DNA from: Patescibacteria group bacterium
GTDB taxonomy: Bacteria; Patescibacteriota; Kazan-3B-28
Reading direction: 5' to 3'
Assembly (NCBI GenBank): GCA_028717565.1
Contig: JAQUNP010000001.1
Coordinates: 112,997-176,996 of the forward strand
Length of the DNA stretch: 64,000 nt
The notes under the pieces are model-generated. The model was not told where the DNA came from, ran no database searches, and saw only the letters and a program-made list of their open reading frames with translations. Positions 21,570 to 31,187 of the stretch are shown piece by piece (positions within the stretch are counted from its first letter, which is position 1; each line of letters begins with the position of its first letter). The position numbers and the translations under genes were made by a program.

Positions 21570-22373
21570 ATGTATCTAATACTTGTTAATCCCGAAGCCG
21601 GTAACCATGCTTACAAGCGCATTGAAAAGAAGTTCAAGCGTTTACTTGAAATAGAAAATATTAAAGCCCGTATCGTTCTGGTAGAAGATTTGGCAGAGAT
21701 CCCCGAGCTGATCCGCCAACATCACAGACCCAGTGACCAAGCCGTAGTGGCCATGGGGGGAAATGCTACTGTTAACGCCACCATCAATGCCCTAGCCAAT
21801 CAAGATATCGCCTTGGGCATTATTCCAATCAGCCGAACCAATTTCTTGGCACGCCATTTAGGGTTTAGGAATTGGATCCAAGCCGTGAAAGCCCTAGCTA
21901 TCCCCCACTTGCAGAAATCTCGGGTCGGCAAGGTTGGTCAGCACTATTTTATTGGCGAGGTGCAAATCGCTTCTCGACACAACCTGTTGGCTGATTACAT
22001 CAACCAAGTTAATCCCATAAAAAAGTTCTTAGGGTTAAACCAACCCCCCACTAACGAGTCCAGCGACGTAGAAACAATTGTGGCTCTAGATGACGACCTA
22101 GTCATGTCCGGTACCGTAGAGAAAATGACAATTTCATTGAATGGCGTTAATGGTACAAAAAAGTTAAAGGTAGAAACGTTCTTAAAAGATAATTTGAATC
22201 AGGCACACTCCCTAATGCACGGTGACATCGTGGCGATTGCCAGCAAAACCAAAATGCCTGTGATCATGGGTAATGAAACTATCGCCCATACACCGGTAGA
22301 AATTAAGGGTGTGGCAAAATACATCAACTTGGTTGTCCCAGGTGAAAAATTGACGGAAGAAATAGTAGCGTGA
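21570..22373 (+). CDS. Diacylglycerol kinase-like protein (divergent)
   Basis: VNPEAG, MGGNATV (GGDGT-like), LGIIP..TNFLAR.LG. Confidence 0.75.
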   Translation: MYLILVNPEAGNHAYKRIEKKFKRLLEIENIKARIVLVEDLAEIPELIRQHHRPSDQAVVAMGGNATVNATINALANQDIALGIIPISRTNFLARHLGFRNWIQAVKALAIPHLQKSRVGKVGQHYFIGEVQIASRHNLLADYINQVNPIKKFLGLNQPPTNESSDVETIVALDDDLVMSGTVEKMTISLNGVNGTKKLKVETFLKDNLNQAHSLMHGDIVAIASKTKMPVIMGNETIAHTPVEIKGVAKYINLVVPGEKLTEEIVA

Positions 22374-22397
22374 TAATTTTTTAAGTAGGGACAAAAG

Positions 22398-22934
22398 ATT
22401 ATATTGAAGTACACAAGAACACCTTTTAGTGAGCCACGAATCAGAGCCAATGAGCGCATCCGGGTACCGGAGGTTTTTCTGATAGATGAAACCGGCAAGC
22501 CAGTTGGTAAAACCCCAACTGGCCAAGCTTTGGCTTTAGCCAAAGCTGCTGGTTTAGATTTAGTGGAAGTTTCGCCCAACATTCGGCCACCGGTAGCCAA
22601 AATCTTGGACTTTGGGAAATACAAATACGAACAGACCAAAGCCGCAGCCAAGGCCAAGAAGAAACAAAAAGATATTTCCAAGGAGATCCGGTTGGGAGTT
22701 AAGATTGGTGATGGCGATTTTGAGGTCAAGGCCAAGCGGGCTGAAAAGTTCTTAAGTCAAGGCGCCAAGCTGAAAGTGGCGGTGATGTTTCGAGGACGTG
22801 AAATCGTCCATAGCGACCTGGGCCACAAATTGATGGAAAGATTTATTGACAGATTAGAGGGAGTAGCTAAAATAGAACAAGCTCCACTCAAACAAGGGAG
22901 GAGCATTCATACTATTTTAGCGCCGAAGAAATAA
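22398..22934 (+). CDS. infC: Translation initiation factor IF-3, probably non-AUG start
   Basis: RANERIR..V.LID, LDLVEV.P, K.YEQ, FRGRE; in-frame ATT-ATA-TTG at 22398-22406 and no ATG start. Confidence 0.95.
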   Translation: MILKYTRTPFSEPRIRANERIRVPEVFLIDETGKPVGKTPTGQALALAKAAGLDLVEVSPNIRPPVAKILDFGKYKYEQTKAAAKAKKKQKDISKEIRLGVKIGDGDFEVKAKRAEKFLSQGAKLKVAVMFRGREIVHSDLGHKLMERFIDRLEGVAKIEQAPLKQGRSIHTILAPKK

Positions 22935-22935
22935 A

Positions 22936-23130
22936 ATGCCTAAGATAAAAACTCATAAGGGTACCGCAAAACGGATTTCTATTACGAAGAGCGGGAAGCT
23001 AAAAAGACGCCAAGCGATGCAGTCGCACAATTTGTCTAAAAAAACTTCGGCTCGGAAACGCAAACTGGCTCGCCCAGCTGACGTGGCATCCGTTGATATC
23101 AAGCGAGTTCGGCGTTTGCTTAAAAAATAA
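22936..23130 (+). CDS. rpmI: 50S ribosomal protein L35
   Basis: MPKIKTHKGTAKR; infC-rpmI-rplT order. Confidence 0.97.
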   Translation: MPKIKTHKGTAKRISITKSGKLKRRQAMQSHNLSKKTSARKRKLARPADVASVDIKRVRRLLKK

Positions 23131-23133
23131 TCT

Positions 23134-23478
23134 ATGAGAATCAAGCGTGGGAAAACAGTTAATCGTAAGCACAAAAAGGTCTTAAAGGCGGCTAAGGGTT
23201 TTCGTACGCTAAGACGTACTAATATCAAGCTAGCTCGACAGGCAGTATTAAAAGCAGGTCAATATGCTTATCGAGATCGACGTGTAAAAAAACGTGACTT
23301 CCGAGCTTTATGGATTAATCGCATTAGCGCGGCTTTGGCAGGTTTGGAGCTGAAGTACAGTCGGTTTGTGGAGGCCTTAAAAAACAAGCAGGTTGGTCTG
23401 GACAGAAAGATTCTGGCCCAGCTAGCTACTACCCACCCAGAGGTTTTCGATCGAGTGGTGCGGGAAGTGGTCAAATAA
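23134..23478 (+). CDS. rplT: 50S ribosomal protein L20
   Basis: YAYRDRR.KKRDFRALWI.RI. Confidence 0.98.
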   Translation: MRIKRGKTVNRKHKKVLKAAKGFRTLRRTNIKLARQAVLKAGQYAYRDRRVKKRDFRALWINRISAALAGLELKYSRFVEALKNKQVGLDRKILAQLATTHPEVFDRVVREVVK

Positions 23479-23496
23479 ATTTAAAAAGCATTTTTA

Positions 23497-23528
23497 CAAA
23501 ACACTCCGGTTTATACCGGAGTGTTTTG
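23497..23528. terminator. Bidirectional intrinsic terminator
   Basis: CAAAACACTCCGGT-TTAT-ACCGGAGTGTTTTG between convergent genes. Confidence 0.85.
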
Positions 23529-23548
23529 ATCTGCAGACCAATCAGTAA

Positions 23549-23941
23549 CTAATACGCCGCTAAGGCCAACCATAGCAGGCCAGCACCAATCACTAGCGAG
23601 ATTAAGCCAAAGAAGCTCGTAGTCGCCCCTGGAGGGCAATAGAGCTTGATCATTCTTTTCACGGTATCAGGAAACAGCATGATCCAAGCTCCCTTGATAA
23701 GGCTCAGCCAACCCAAAAGTGGAATTACCCAGTACCAATTAGGCAAAGCGATGCGGTACTCGTGTCCGAGCACAACCAAGCCAAGAATCAGAGCCATCAG
23801 GCTCCAGGTGAACAGTTGGCTTGGCGAGGTGGCTAGATCGGCTACGACCTTACAAAAATCTTTGTTTCTAAAAAGTAATAACAAGCCAACCATAATCAAC
23901 AGGCCAGCAAAGATAAGAGCGATGATTGCAAATGTAGTCAT
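23549..23941 (-). CDS. Small four-TM membrane protein
   Basis: Hydrophobic helices, LLGWLSLIKG..I.LFP. Confidence 0.75.
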   Translation of the reverse strand: MTTFAIIALIFAGLLIMVGLLLLFRNKDFCKVVADLATSPSQLFTWSLMALILGLVVLGHEYRIALPNWYWVIPLLGWLSLIKGAWIMLFPDTVKRMIKLYCPPGATTSFFGLISLVIGAGLLWLALAAY

Positions 23942-23953
23942 AGTAAATTGTTT

Positions 23954-25993
23954 TTAATTAATCCCTATATATTCGACCCCAAAGTTAGCATCCTGTATAA
24001 ATTTGTCGTCAAATAAAAGCTTGTGTTTGCTACCATCTGCAAATTGTAGCGCTGGAGATAAATGCACAACCGAAGACAGCCGAGTGTTGTTGGCGCCAGC
24101 TTGCTTTTGGAGATATAGCTGATACAGATGGTCATCCGTCACATCTGTGGGGAGAGTATACCGAAGAGTCAGGCGACTGGTGGCGCCGGGTTCAGTAGTA
24201 ACCCAAAATGCAAAAACTGTTTTGCCCGACTCGTCAAAAGTTTCTGCTGTCGTGCCATAATCTTGACCAGTATAGTCGCCTAGCTGACTACCAAGTGGGA
24301 CATAAATACGCAAGTAGTTCTTATTGGTGCCGTCGGGGAATTCACTGGTACCGGTATGGGTATAGGTTAATGCCAGTTCGTCAGTAATTTCGCCGGCGAT
24401 ATTAATATTGGCTACATGCTCAATGTCTTGAATCAGATGCTGACTACTTTTAGTCCCACCTAAATTACTTTGGACCACGCTCAAGAAATCCCCCACACCA
24501 TCCACCGCCACCGTGCCAGCCGCATTAAGTTGGTGTGCAACCTGTTGAAGACGCAGATTATTGAAATACAGCAACACATCTTTGCTGGCAATCCGATCCA
24601 GAAGAGCTGTGTAGGTTTGCTGCAGCTGGCCCTGATTAGCCGACATCAGTCGCTCCATCAGAATAGGAGCTAGTTCGGTTAATACTTCCTTGGGGTTCTC
24701 TTGCTGATTATCAATGAGCTCTACTTGCTGCTGGGTGGTCTCAACAAAATTGTCGGCTGTGATTTCGAGGTCTTTGCTGGCAATATAAATCGGGCCAAAA
24801 ACTTTTAGAATATCCTCAATGATAGTGGGGTTAATGGCAATAATCCCATCAGCCGTGCCTCCCCCGCCCTGTTCGTAGAGCTTTTGAAAACTTTGGGCGC
24901 TGGTGGGAAAGTCCAAATACCAATTTGAATCTCGGGTACCAAACTGGGTAGTGACTGCTCTCAGCGGTGCTGGCATGATGGCGTCACCAGCGTGGCCAAG
25001 TTGACCGTCAACCCGCTGGGTAATGTCGACTTTAATATCCTGAATCTTGCCTTGGTAGATTTCCATCCATACGAAGCTACCTAAAAATCCACCCGTAGCC
25101 CGTAGCTCATTGTTATTTTGATTAAGGATTAGATAATGCCGAGGATTTTTAAAGCCAAGCGCGTCAGGCAGCTCTTTGGCCAAGGTTCCCAAAATACTAA
25201 CCAGTTCTTGTAAACGAGCGGTTTTGGTTTGAGCTTCATTTAATGCACTGGCATAAGCTGTACCGACTATTGTGGGATTAACGTTGACCAGTAACGTATG
25301 GGCTCTATCGATTTTGGCAAGAGCGCGGTCGAAGTCAGCAGAACTGGCTTGGAGCAGGGTGACCATTTGGATAGTAAAATCATCGACCGCCAAGGTGCTT
25401 ACCGAAGTGCCGTTTAAATATTGAAAAATTGGCTGTGTGGCATCCAGCATAATTTGGCCAGCTTGTGCCAAGTTTATCCCACTGTCGATCAGCTGCTGTC
25501 CCGCCACAATCTGGGACCTGTCGGCCGCTAGACCAGATAGGTAGAGGTTGGTTTGGCCTAGAGATAGAACCTCTTTTTGAGCAGTAGCAAACAGATTTTC
25601 AGCAGCCAGAAAATCACCTTGAGCAGCCAGCATGTCTTGCTCGGTCAAAGCTACGGCAGCAGCGGCTAGTTTGTCCATGCCTCGCAGTGACAAGTCGGTG
25701 ATTTGACCACGTAAATTATTAGCTCCCCCGTAAATAAATAGACCTCCGATATATAAAATGGCCGCCAAGATTAGAATTAGAACGGCCCGTAATATCCCCA
25801 TACCCGACAGTGAGGCAGACGCCTGCGAGCTCTCAAAGTTCATATCCACAATGGAAGTGGGATGATTAGTGGTAAGTAGTGAGACAGCCGCAACATTCCG
25901 AGAGGTCGTTGTACCAGAGCTGGGCTCATGAAAAGCAATCCGATGTTTATCGGATTTCGGTTTGAGATAGTAGTACTTTGACTTCTCCCCCAT
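23954..25993 (-). CDS. DUF4012-domain membrane protein
   Basis: YLILNQNNNELRATGGFLGS, RDSNW..DFP.SA, DGIIA, YLRIYVP.GS, Y.QKQ.G. Confidence 0.9.
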   Translation of the reverse strand: MGEKSKYYYLKPKSDKHRIAFHEPSSGTTTSRNVAAVSLLTTNHPTSIVDMNFESSQASASLSGMGILRAVLILILAAILYIGGLFIYGGANNLRGQITDLSLRGMDKLAAAAVALTEQDMLAAQGDFLAAENLFATAQKEVLSLGQTNLYLSGLAADRSQIVAGQQLIDSGINLAQAGQIMLDATQPIFQYLNGTSVSTLAVDDFTIQMVTLLQASSADFDRALAKIDRAHTLLVNVNPTIVGTAYASALNEAQTKTARLQELVSILGTLAKELPDALGFKNPRHYLILNQNNNELRATGGFLGSFVWMEIYQGKIQDIKVDITQRVDGQLGHAGDAIMPAPLRAVTTQFGTRDSNWYLDFPTSAQSFQKLYEQGGGGTADGIIAINPTIIEDILKVFGPIYIASKDLEITADNFVETTQQQVELIDNQQENPKEVLTELAPILMERLMSANQGQLQQTYTALLDRIASKDVLLYFNNLRLQQVAHQLNAAGTVAVDGVGDFLSVVQSNLGGTKSSQHLIQDIEHVANINIAGEITDELALTYTHTGTSEFPDGTNKNYLRIYVPLGSQLGDYTGQDYGTTAETFDESGKTVFAFWVTTEPGATSRLTLRYTLPTDVTDDHLYQLYLQKQAGANNTRLSSVVHLSPALQFADGSKHKLLFDDKFIQDANFGVEYIGIN

Positions 25994-25998
25994 ACAAT

Positions 25999-27171
25999 TT
26001 ATGTTTTAACGACTCGTTGAAATATTTCCAAAGTTTGCTTGGCGGCCTTTTCCCAAGTAAACGACTCGGCTCGCAAACGTCCTTGGTGAACCAGCTGGCT
26101 CCGTAACGTCGCATCGTGAGCAATCTGGGCAAGGGCATCGGCCATGGCCTGAACATCGTCAGGAGAAACTGTGAGGGCTGCCTTGCCAGCCACTTCTGGT
26201 AGTGCCCCTCGATCGCTGATAATGACCGGGCAACCAGCTGCAAAGGCCTCCAGCACCATCAGCCCGAATCCCTCGTAGAAGGACGGGAAGACAAAGGCAC
26301 AAGCATATTGCATCAGGGCAATTTTCTCCCGATCGCTGACTCGGCCAGTGAAAATAACGTCCTGAGCCAGTCCGAGTTCCTGAACAAGTTGATAAAGATC
26401 AGAGCTTAGCCAACTTTTGCTCCCCGACAGCACCAATTTCATTGTATCAGAATGCTTTTGCTGATAAATTTTTAACGCCAAAATCACACTCTTCAAATTT
26501 TTGCGTGGCTCAATGCTGCCAATGTAATAAATGAATTTTTCTGGCAAATTAAACTTGGCCTTAAGATCCGCAAAGATGTGCGCATCTTTGCCAGCAAAAT
26601 ACTCCTTGCCCACCCCCTCGTAAACCACCCTAATTTTCTTAGGGTCAGCTTTAACTAGGCGAACTAGGTCTTGTTTAGTGGTGTGCGATACCGCAATCAC
26701 AGCATCGGAGGTTCTGGCTTCGTAGGGATAGCTCATCTGCCACTGCCATAATCGAGATGACAAGGTATAGAATTGTGGATAAATCAAGAAGATTAGGTCG
26801 TGGAAAGTGGTTACCTTTTTACATTTTCGACTAAGCGGTAAAAGTCGGGGTGCTGGCATAAACATGATGTCTAGTCCCCCACAAATCACATCGGCCTTGG
26901 GCCAGTTGAGTGGTTTAAAGAAGGCATGCAAGAGCAGCGGGAAATTCACCCATTTGAGTTTTTTTACCTCAACATTAGCATTGGCCAAAAAGGGATACTC
27001 TTTTCTAAGTTTTTGTAAAACCTCATCTTGATCACGATAAGCCACGTAAAACAAAACATATGTGTTAGTCGTATCAATGGCTAGCAGGTTTTTTAAAATT
27101 TGCAGAGTGTACTGCTCTACCCCGCTAATTTGGCCGGTTAAAACTCCTCTGAAATCAACACCGATCCGCAT
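25999..27171 (-). CDS. GT4 family glycosyltransferase
   Basis: GSIEPRKN, FVFPSFYEGFGL..LEA.A.GCPV. Confidence 0.95.
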   Translation of the reverse strand: MRIGVDFRGVLTGQISGVEQYTLQILKNLLAIDTTNTYVLFYVAYRDQDEVLQKLRKEYPFLANANVEVKKLKWVNFPLLLHAFFKPLNWPKADVICGGLDIMFMPAPRLLPLSRKCKKVTTFHDLIFLIYPQFYTLSSRLWQWQMSYPYEARTSDAVIAVSHTTKQDLVRLVKADPKKIRVVYEGVGKEYFAGKDAHIFADLKAKFNLPEKFIYYIGSIEPRKNLKSVILALKIYQQKHSDTMKLVLSGSKSWLSSDLYQLVQELGLAQDVIFTGRVSDREKIALMQYACAFVFPSFYEGFGLMVLEAFAAGCPVIISDRGALPEVAGKAALTVSPDDVQAMADALAQIAHDATLRSQLVHQGRLRAESFTWEKAAKQTLEIFQRVVKT

Positions 27172-27172
27172 G

Positions 27173-28300
27173 CTATAACATCCTTTCTACCAAGTACTTT
27201 TCAATCACTTCAAACAGGCGTTGTTTAAAGATGTCGTTATCGAACTGACGGGCTTGCTCCCGACAGGCCTCCGGACTAATCGACATATTCTCAAAGCGCT
27301 CAATCGCCCCGATCAGACTAGTCGACGTCTGCTCATCGAAAAATGTTCCGGTGACACCTTCCACAACGGTTTCCAAAGCCCCGCCTTTGCCGAAGGCAAT
27401 TACTGGTTTGCCAGCCGCCATCGCCTCCAGCGGCACTATGCCGAAATCCTCCTCTTGCGGGAAGATTAAGGCCTTGCAGCCAGCAAAATAGTTGGTGACT
27501 GCCTCGTCACTTGGAGAGCCCAAAAATTCAGTGGCCGGGGATTTCGATAACTTTTGCAAACGCTCCAGCTCCGGACCGGTACCAATTATTTTTAACGGGC
27601 GTTGCAGATGATTCATGGCTTCCACAACTACGTCAGTACGTTTGTAAGGAATCTGTCGGCCTACTACCAAGTAGTATCCCCCGTCAGTTGATTGAAGCGA
27701 ACCAAACCGAGAGAAATCAACCGGAGCTTGGACCACTTCGGATTTGCGTTCGTAATATTTTTGAATACGTTTCTGCGTGTTGAACGAATTGGCGACAAAG
27801 ACGTCGACCCTGTCAGCTGCTACCCGATCCCAGATTCTCAATTTATGAATTAGGGCTGGCATGAAGGCTTTAAAAAATGGGTCTAAAATCCCGAATTGAT
27901 TTCTTTTGAGATATTCGTGATAGTGACTCCAGAAATACCTGGTGGGCGTATGGCAATAACAAACATGCAGAGTTTCTGGCTTGGTAATAACGCCTTTGGC
28001 TTCAGAGTGAGCTGAAGACAAGACCAAGTCATAGCTATCAAGATTCATGCTTTCAAATGCCCGGGGTCTAAAAATAGTAAACAATTGGTGTCTGAACTTG
28101 AAGGGCAATTTTTGCAAATAAGTCGTAAAAATTCGCCTGTTCTTTAGCTCCGGAAAAGACGCAGATTGAAAAACCGATGTATAAATATCGGCGTTGGGAA
28201 ACATTTCAGCGAACAATAAAACCACTCGCTCAGCCCCTCCCCTGCCAGTTAGCCAGTCCGCGACAATAGCGACTTTCAAATCCTCCTTGGCTTTTTCCAT
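27173..28300 (-). CDS. GT4 family glycosyltransferase
   Basis: GGAERV, YCHTPTRY.W, EEDFGIVPLEAMA.GKPV. Confidence 0.95.
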   Translation of the reverse strand: MEKAKEDLKVAIVADWLTGRGGAERVVLLFAEMFPNADIYTSVFQSASFPELKNRRIFTTYLQKLPFKFRHQLFTIFRPRAFESMNLDSYDLVLSSAHSEAKGVITKPETLHVCYCHTPTRYFWSHYHEYLKRNQFGILDPFFKAFMPALIHKLRIWDRVAADRVDVFVANSFNTQKRIQKYYERKSEVVQAPVDFSRFGSLQSTDGGYYLVVGRQIPYKRTDVVVEAMNHLQRPLKIIGTGPELERLQKLSKSPATEFLGSPSDEAVTNYFAGCKALIFPQEEDFGIVPLEAMAAGKPVIAFGKGGALETVVEGVTGTFFDEQTSTSLIGAIERFENMSISPEACREQARQFDNDIFKQRLFEVIEKYLVERML

Positions 28301-28319
28301 GGGTGTATTATATCAGGTT

Positions 28320-29702
28320 TTAGTAGCTACCCTTACGAGAAAAGACGGCTTTGAAGGTGAGTAAAATGATTTTGATGTCGAGCCAAAGCGACCAGTGTTC
28401 AATATAGAAAGTATCTAGCTTAACATAATCCTCGAAGGAAGCGTCACTCCGTCCCGAGGCTTGCCACAAGCCCGTCACACCGGGTTTGATCAGTAGCCGG
28501 CGCTTGGTAGCATCATCGTATTGTGCCACTTCGCTGGGCAGAGCTGGACGGGGGCCCACCGCACTCATGTTGCCGATGAAAACGTTAAATAGCTGGGGGA
28601 GTTCGTCTAGAGATGTCCGCCGGATAAATTTACCGACCCGAGTAACCCGAGGATCGTCTTTAATCTTGAAAAGCAGCCCCGAGGCCTCATTGAGTTCAGC
28701 GGCTAGCTTGGCTCGCAAGGCCTCGGCCTGTTTGCCACCATAGCCCTCACCCGTGGACATTTCGGTGTACATGGAACGAAATTTGTAGAAGGTAAAGAGT
28801 TCCCCTCTGCGTCCCACCCGTGGTTGCGCAAAGATGATTGGCCCTTTTGAGTTTAGCTTGATAGCTGTGGCCACGGCCAACATCACCGGAGACAGCACTA
28901 TGATACCTATGGTGCTCACCACAATATCAAAGGTTCGTTTTGCAATTCGGCCCCAGCCAGCCAAGGGGGTTGGCGACAGTTCAATAATCGGGTAACCAGA
29001 AATGGTATCAATAGTCATTTGCGAAGTATAAAGGCCGGTTAAACTGGGGATATATTGCAGGGCGATGCCATTGTCTTCACAGAAACGAATCAGTTGCAAC
29101 ATAGCGTCGCGGTCTAGCTCGTAGCCCACAATGACACGGTCGGCTTGTTTCAAAATATTCCAGTCAGGTGAAGCGAGAACGGCCAACAGGGCCTGACTGG
29201 GACGCATACCTTCTACATGACTACGCAAAATGGTGGCGACCCTGTCTTTAGCCACTATTACCACTTTTTCTACTCCCGCTCCGGAGTATTGAAACCACTG
29301 GCGAATAAAACTTAATAAACTGCGTCCGATCAAGAGACAAATCGGAGTTAAAATCCATAAATAGATCACAATCAGCCTGGAGAAAAACGTGGTTTTAGTT
29401 AAAAACAAGACAATAATTAAAAGCGCCAAGGCAACGGAGGAGGCCACCATGAAGCGAGCTGCTAAGCCAAGTGTGTTTTTAAAACCCTTGAAACTATACA
29501 GCCCTAAACACGCCAAAGTTAACACCCAAAGCAAACCAGCCCATAGGGCAAAAACTATAAAATCATCAAATGGCTGGACAAAGATGACCTCTTTGAACTG
29601 CCAGTTAACCCGTAGCCAGTAGGCCACCAAAAAGCTGACCCACACGGCCACAAAATCGGTTGGGAGAGCTAGGAGAGTAAAAATTTGAGAAAACCTTTTC
29701 AT
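28320..29702 (-). CDS. Polyprenyl-phosphate sugar phosphotransferase (WcaJ/WbaP-like)
   Basis: [41 protein letters not shown]. Confidence 0.95.
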   Translation of the reverse strand: MKRFSQIFTLLALPTDFVAVWVSFLVAYWLRVNWQFKEVIFVQPFDDFIVFALWAGLLWVLTLACLGLYSFKGFKNTLGLAARFMVASSVALALLIIVLFLTKTTFFSRLIVIYLWILTPICLLIGRSLLSFIRQWFQYSGAGVEKVVIVAKDRVATILRSHVEGMRPSQALLAVLASPDWNILKQADRVIVGYELDRDAMLQLIRFCEDNGIALQYIPSLTGLYTSQMTIDTISGYPIIELSPTPLAGWGRIAKRTFDIVVSTIGIIVLSPVMLAVATAIKLNSKGPIIFAQPRVGRRGELFTFYKFRSMYTEMSTGEGYGGKQAEALRAKLAAELNEASGLLFKIKDDPRVTRVGKFIRRTSLDELPQLFNVFIGNMSAVGPRPALPSEVAQYDDATKRRLLIKPGVTGLWQASGRSDASFEDYVKLDTFYIEHWSLWLDIKIILLTFKAVFSRKGSY

Positions 29703-29727
29703 ATGACTTCCCCACCATTTGACTATC

Positions 29728-29804
29728 TGGTGGGCGATACTGGATTCGAACCAGTGACCTCATCAACGTCAATGATGCGCTCTAGCCAACTGAGCTAATC
29801 GCCC
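29728..29804 (-). tRNA. tRNA-Val(GAC)
   Basis: Cloverleaf, loop TTGACGT, CCA. Confidence 0.96.
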
Positions 29805-29832
29805 TCATAGAATAAGGTATCTTAAAGCGAAC

Positions 29833-30468
29833 CTATTTGCCAAGTATTTCTGCAATCCGAGCCCGAATAGTTTCAATTGCATCTTCAAGTTCTGTGAAGT
29901 CACGATTGTTATTGATAATCAAATCAGCGTAATCTTTGCCTGGTTCGACGTAGCGGTCATGCATCGGCTGAGCTGATGTCAAATATTGGTTGAGAGATTC
30001 GCTATACGTCCGATCCCGTCTGCCAACGTCCCGAGCCAATCGCCGAGCCAATCGAATATCTGCGTCAACTTCAACAAAGATCGTTAAATCCAGCACCTCT
30101 CGGACTCGCTTATCGGTTAAGATCAAGATGCCTTCAACAATGATAACTGGTGCAGGTTTGACTAATTTGGATTTAGTTTTACGTGTATGGGTCGTAAAAT
30201 CATACTCTGGCATATCAATGGCCTCGCCCTTTTTCAGTTGACCTAGCTGTTTTACAAACAGCTCTTCGTCAATAGCAGCGGGCTCATCGTAATTGAGCTC
30301 CTTGCGCTGCATCAGAGGGATGTGGCTCCTGTCTTTGTAATAATTATCGTGAGAGAGAATCAAGACCTGTTTGGGGTCTACCTTTTGCAAAGCCCGAGCA
30401 ATATAAGACTTACCGGAGCCCGTCCCCCCAGCAATTCCGATCAAAAACGGCTTGATTTTCCTTACCAT
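29833..30468 (-). CDS. udk: Uridine kinase
   Basis: IGIAGGTGSGKS, HDNYY, NYDEP.A, YDF.TH.R, VEGIL, RD..R.R. Confidence 0.93.
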   Translation of the reverse strand: MVRKIKPFLIGIAGGTGSGKSYIARALQKVDPKQVLILSHDNYYKDRSHIPLMQRKELNYDEPAAIDEELFVKQLGQLKKGEAIDMPEYDFTTHTRKTKSKLVKPAPVIIVEGILILTDKRVREVLDLTIFVEVDADIRLARRLARDVGRRDRTYSESLNQYLTSAQPMHDRYVEPGKDYADLIINNNRDFTELEDAIETIRARIAEILGK

Positions 30469-30488
30469 GGACTTATTATGCCACAATT

Positions 30489-30515
30489 TCAATGGCTCAA
30501 CTTTTGAGCCATTGA
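30489..30515. repeat. 27-bp palindrome, copy 2
   Basis: TCAATGGCTCA-ACTTT-TGAGCCATTGA, between the divergent udk and rnpB genes. Confidence 0.75.
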
Positions 30516-30554
30516 GCTCTTTACAAAATAAGCCCGAAAAGGTAGCATGGAGGC

Positions 30555-31100
30555 GCTCTTTGCAAATGTGTAGTCGCTGCTCCAGTTATCTGGAGTGGAG
30601 GAAAGTCCGGACACCATCTCAAACCTGATGAGTTGCTAACGGCAACCAAGCGCAAGCTTAGGGAAAGTGCCACAGAGACAATACTAGGATTGCTTCCTAT
30701 CTGTAAAAGGAAAGGAGAGCAGGACTGCTTGTTTCTAACTTGTTAGAAATTGGCTTTTGCCAACAGTCCGTTGAGAGGAAAACCTTGGGTTTGCCTCTCA
30801 ATGTCTAAAAGGTGAAAAGTAATCAGATGTTAATGTGTCGATGATTTAAGACAATCTTAAATCTTGGCTCCAGAGCTACTGATTGACCTCCGCCGTGAGG
30901 CGGATGTGTGGGTAAACCCTTGTCGGTGCAAGTTGGGTGGGTGGAGATATATCAATGGAATGGGTTTGAGTCAGATATATCTGCATCCCAACGCTTGAGG
31001 CATGTGGCGACGCATGCCCTAGATAGATGACTACTAAACCCCCAAAGTTTTTCAACATTTTGGGGAACAAACAGAATCCGGCTTATAGTTTGCAAAGAGC
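30555..31100 (+). ncRNA. rnpB: RNase P RNA (A-type-like, greatly expanded)
   Basis: P1 GCTCTTTGCAAA/TTTGCAAAGAGC; GAGGAAAGTCCGG; AGTGCCACAGA; GGTAAACCC; ACAGAATCCGGCTTA. Confidence 0.95.
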
Positions 31101-31107
31101 TTGAAAA

Positions 31108-31137
31108 GAAAAACTCTCGTTGATGAGGGTTTTTCTG
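31108..31137 (+). terminator. Terminator-like hairpin after rnpB
   Basis: GAAAAACTCTC-GTTGAT-GAGGGTTTTTC. Confidence 0.65.
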
Positions 31138-31187
31138 TATCTAAAGAACCCTGTTGCAGACAGACGAATCTTGATAAACTATGAAGT

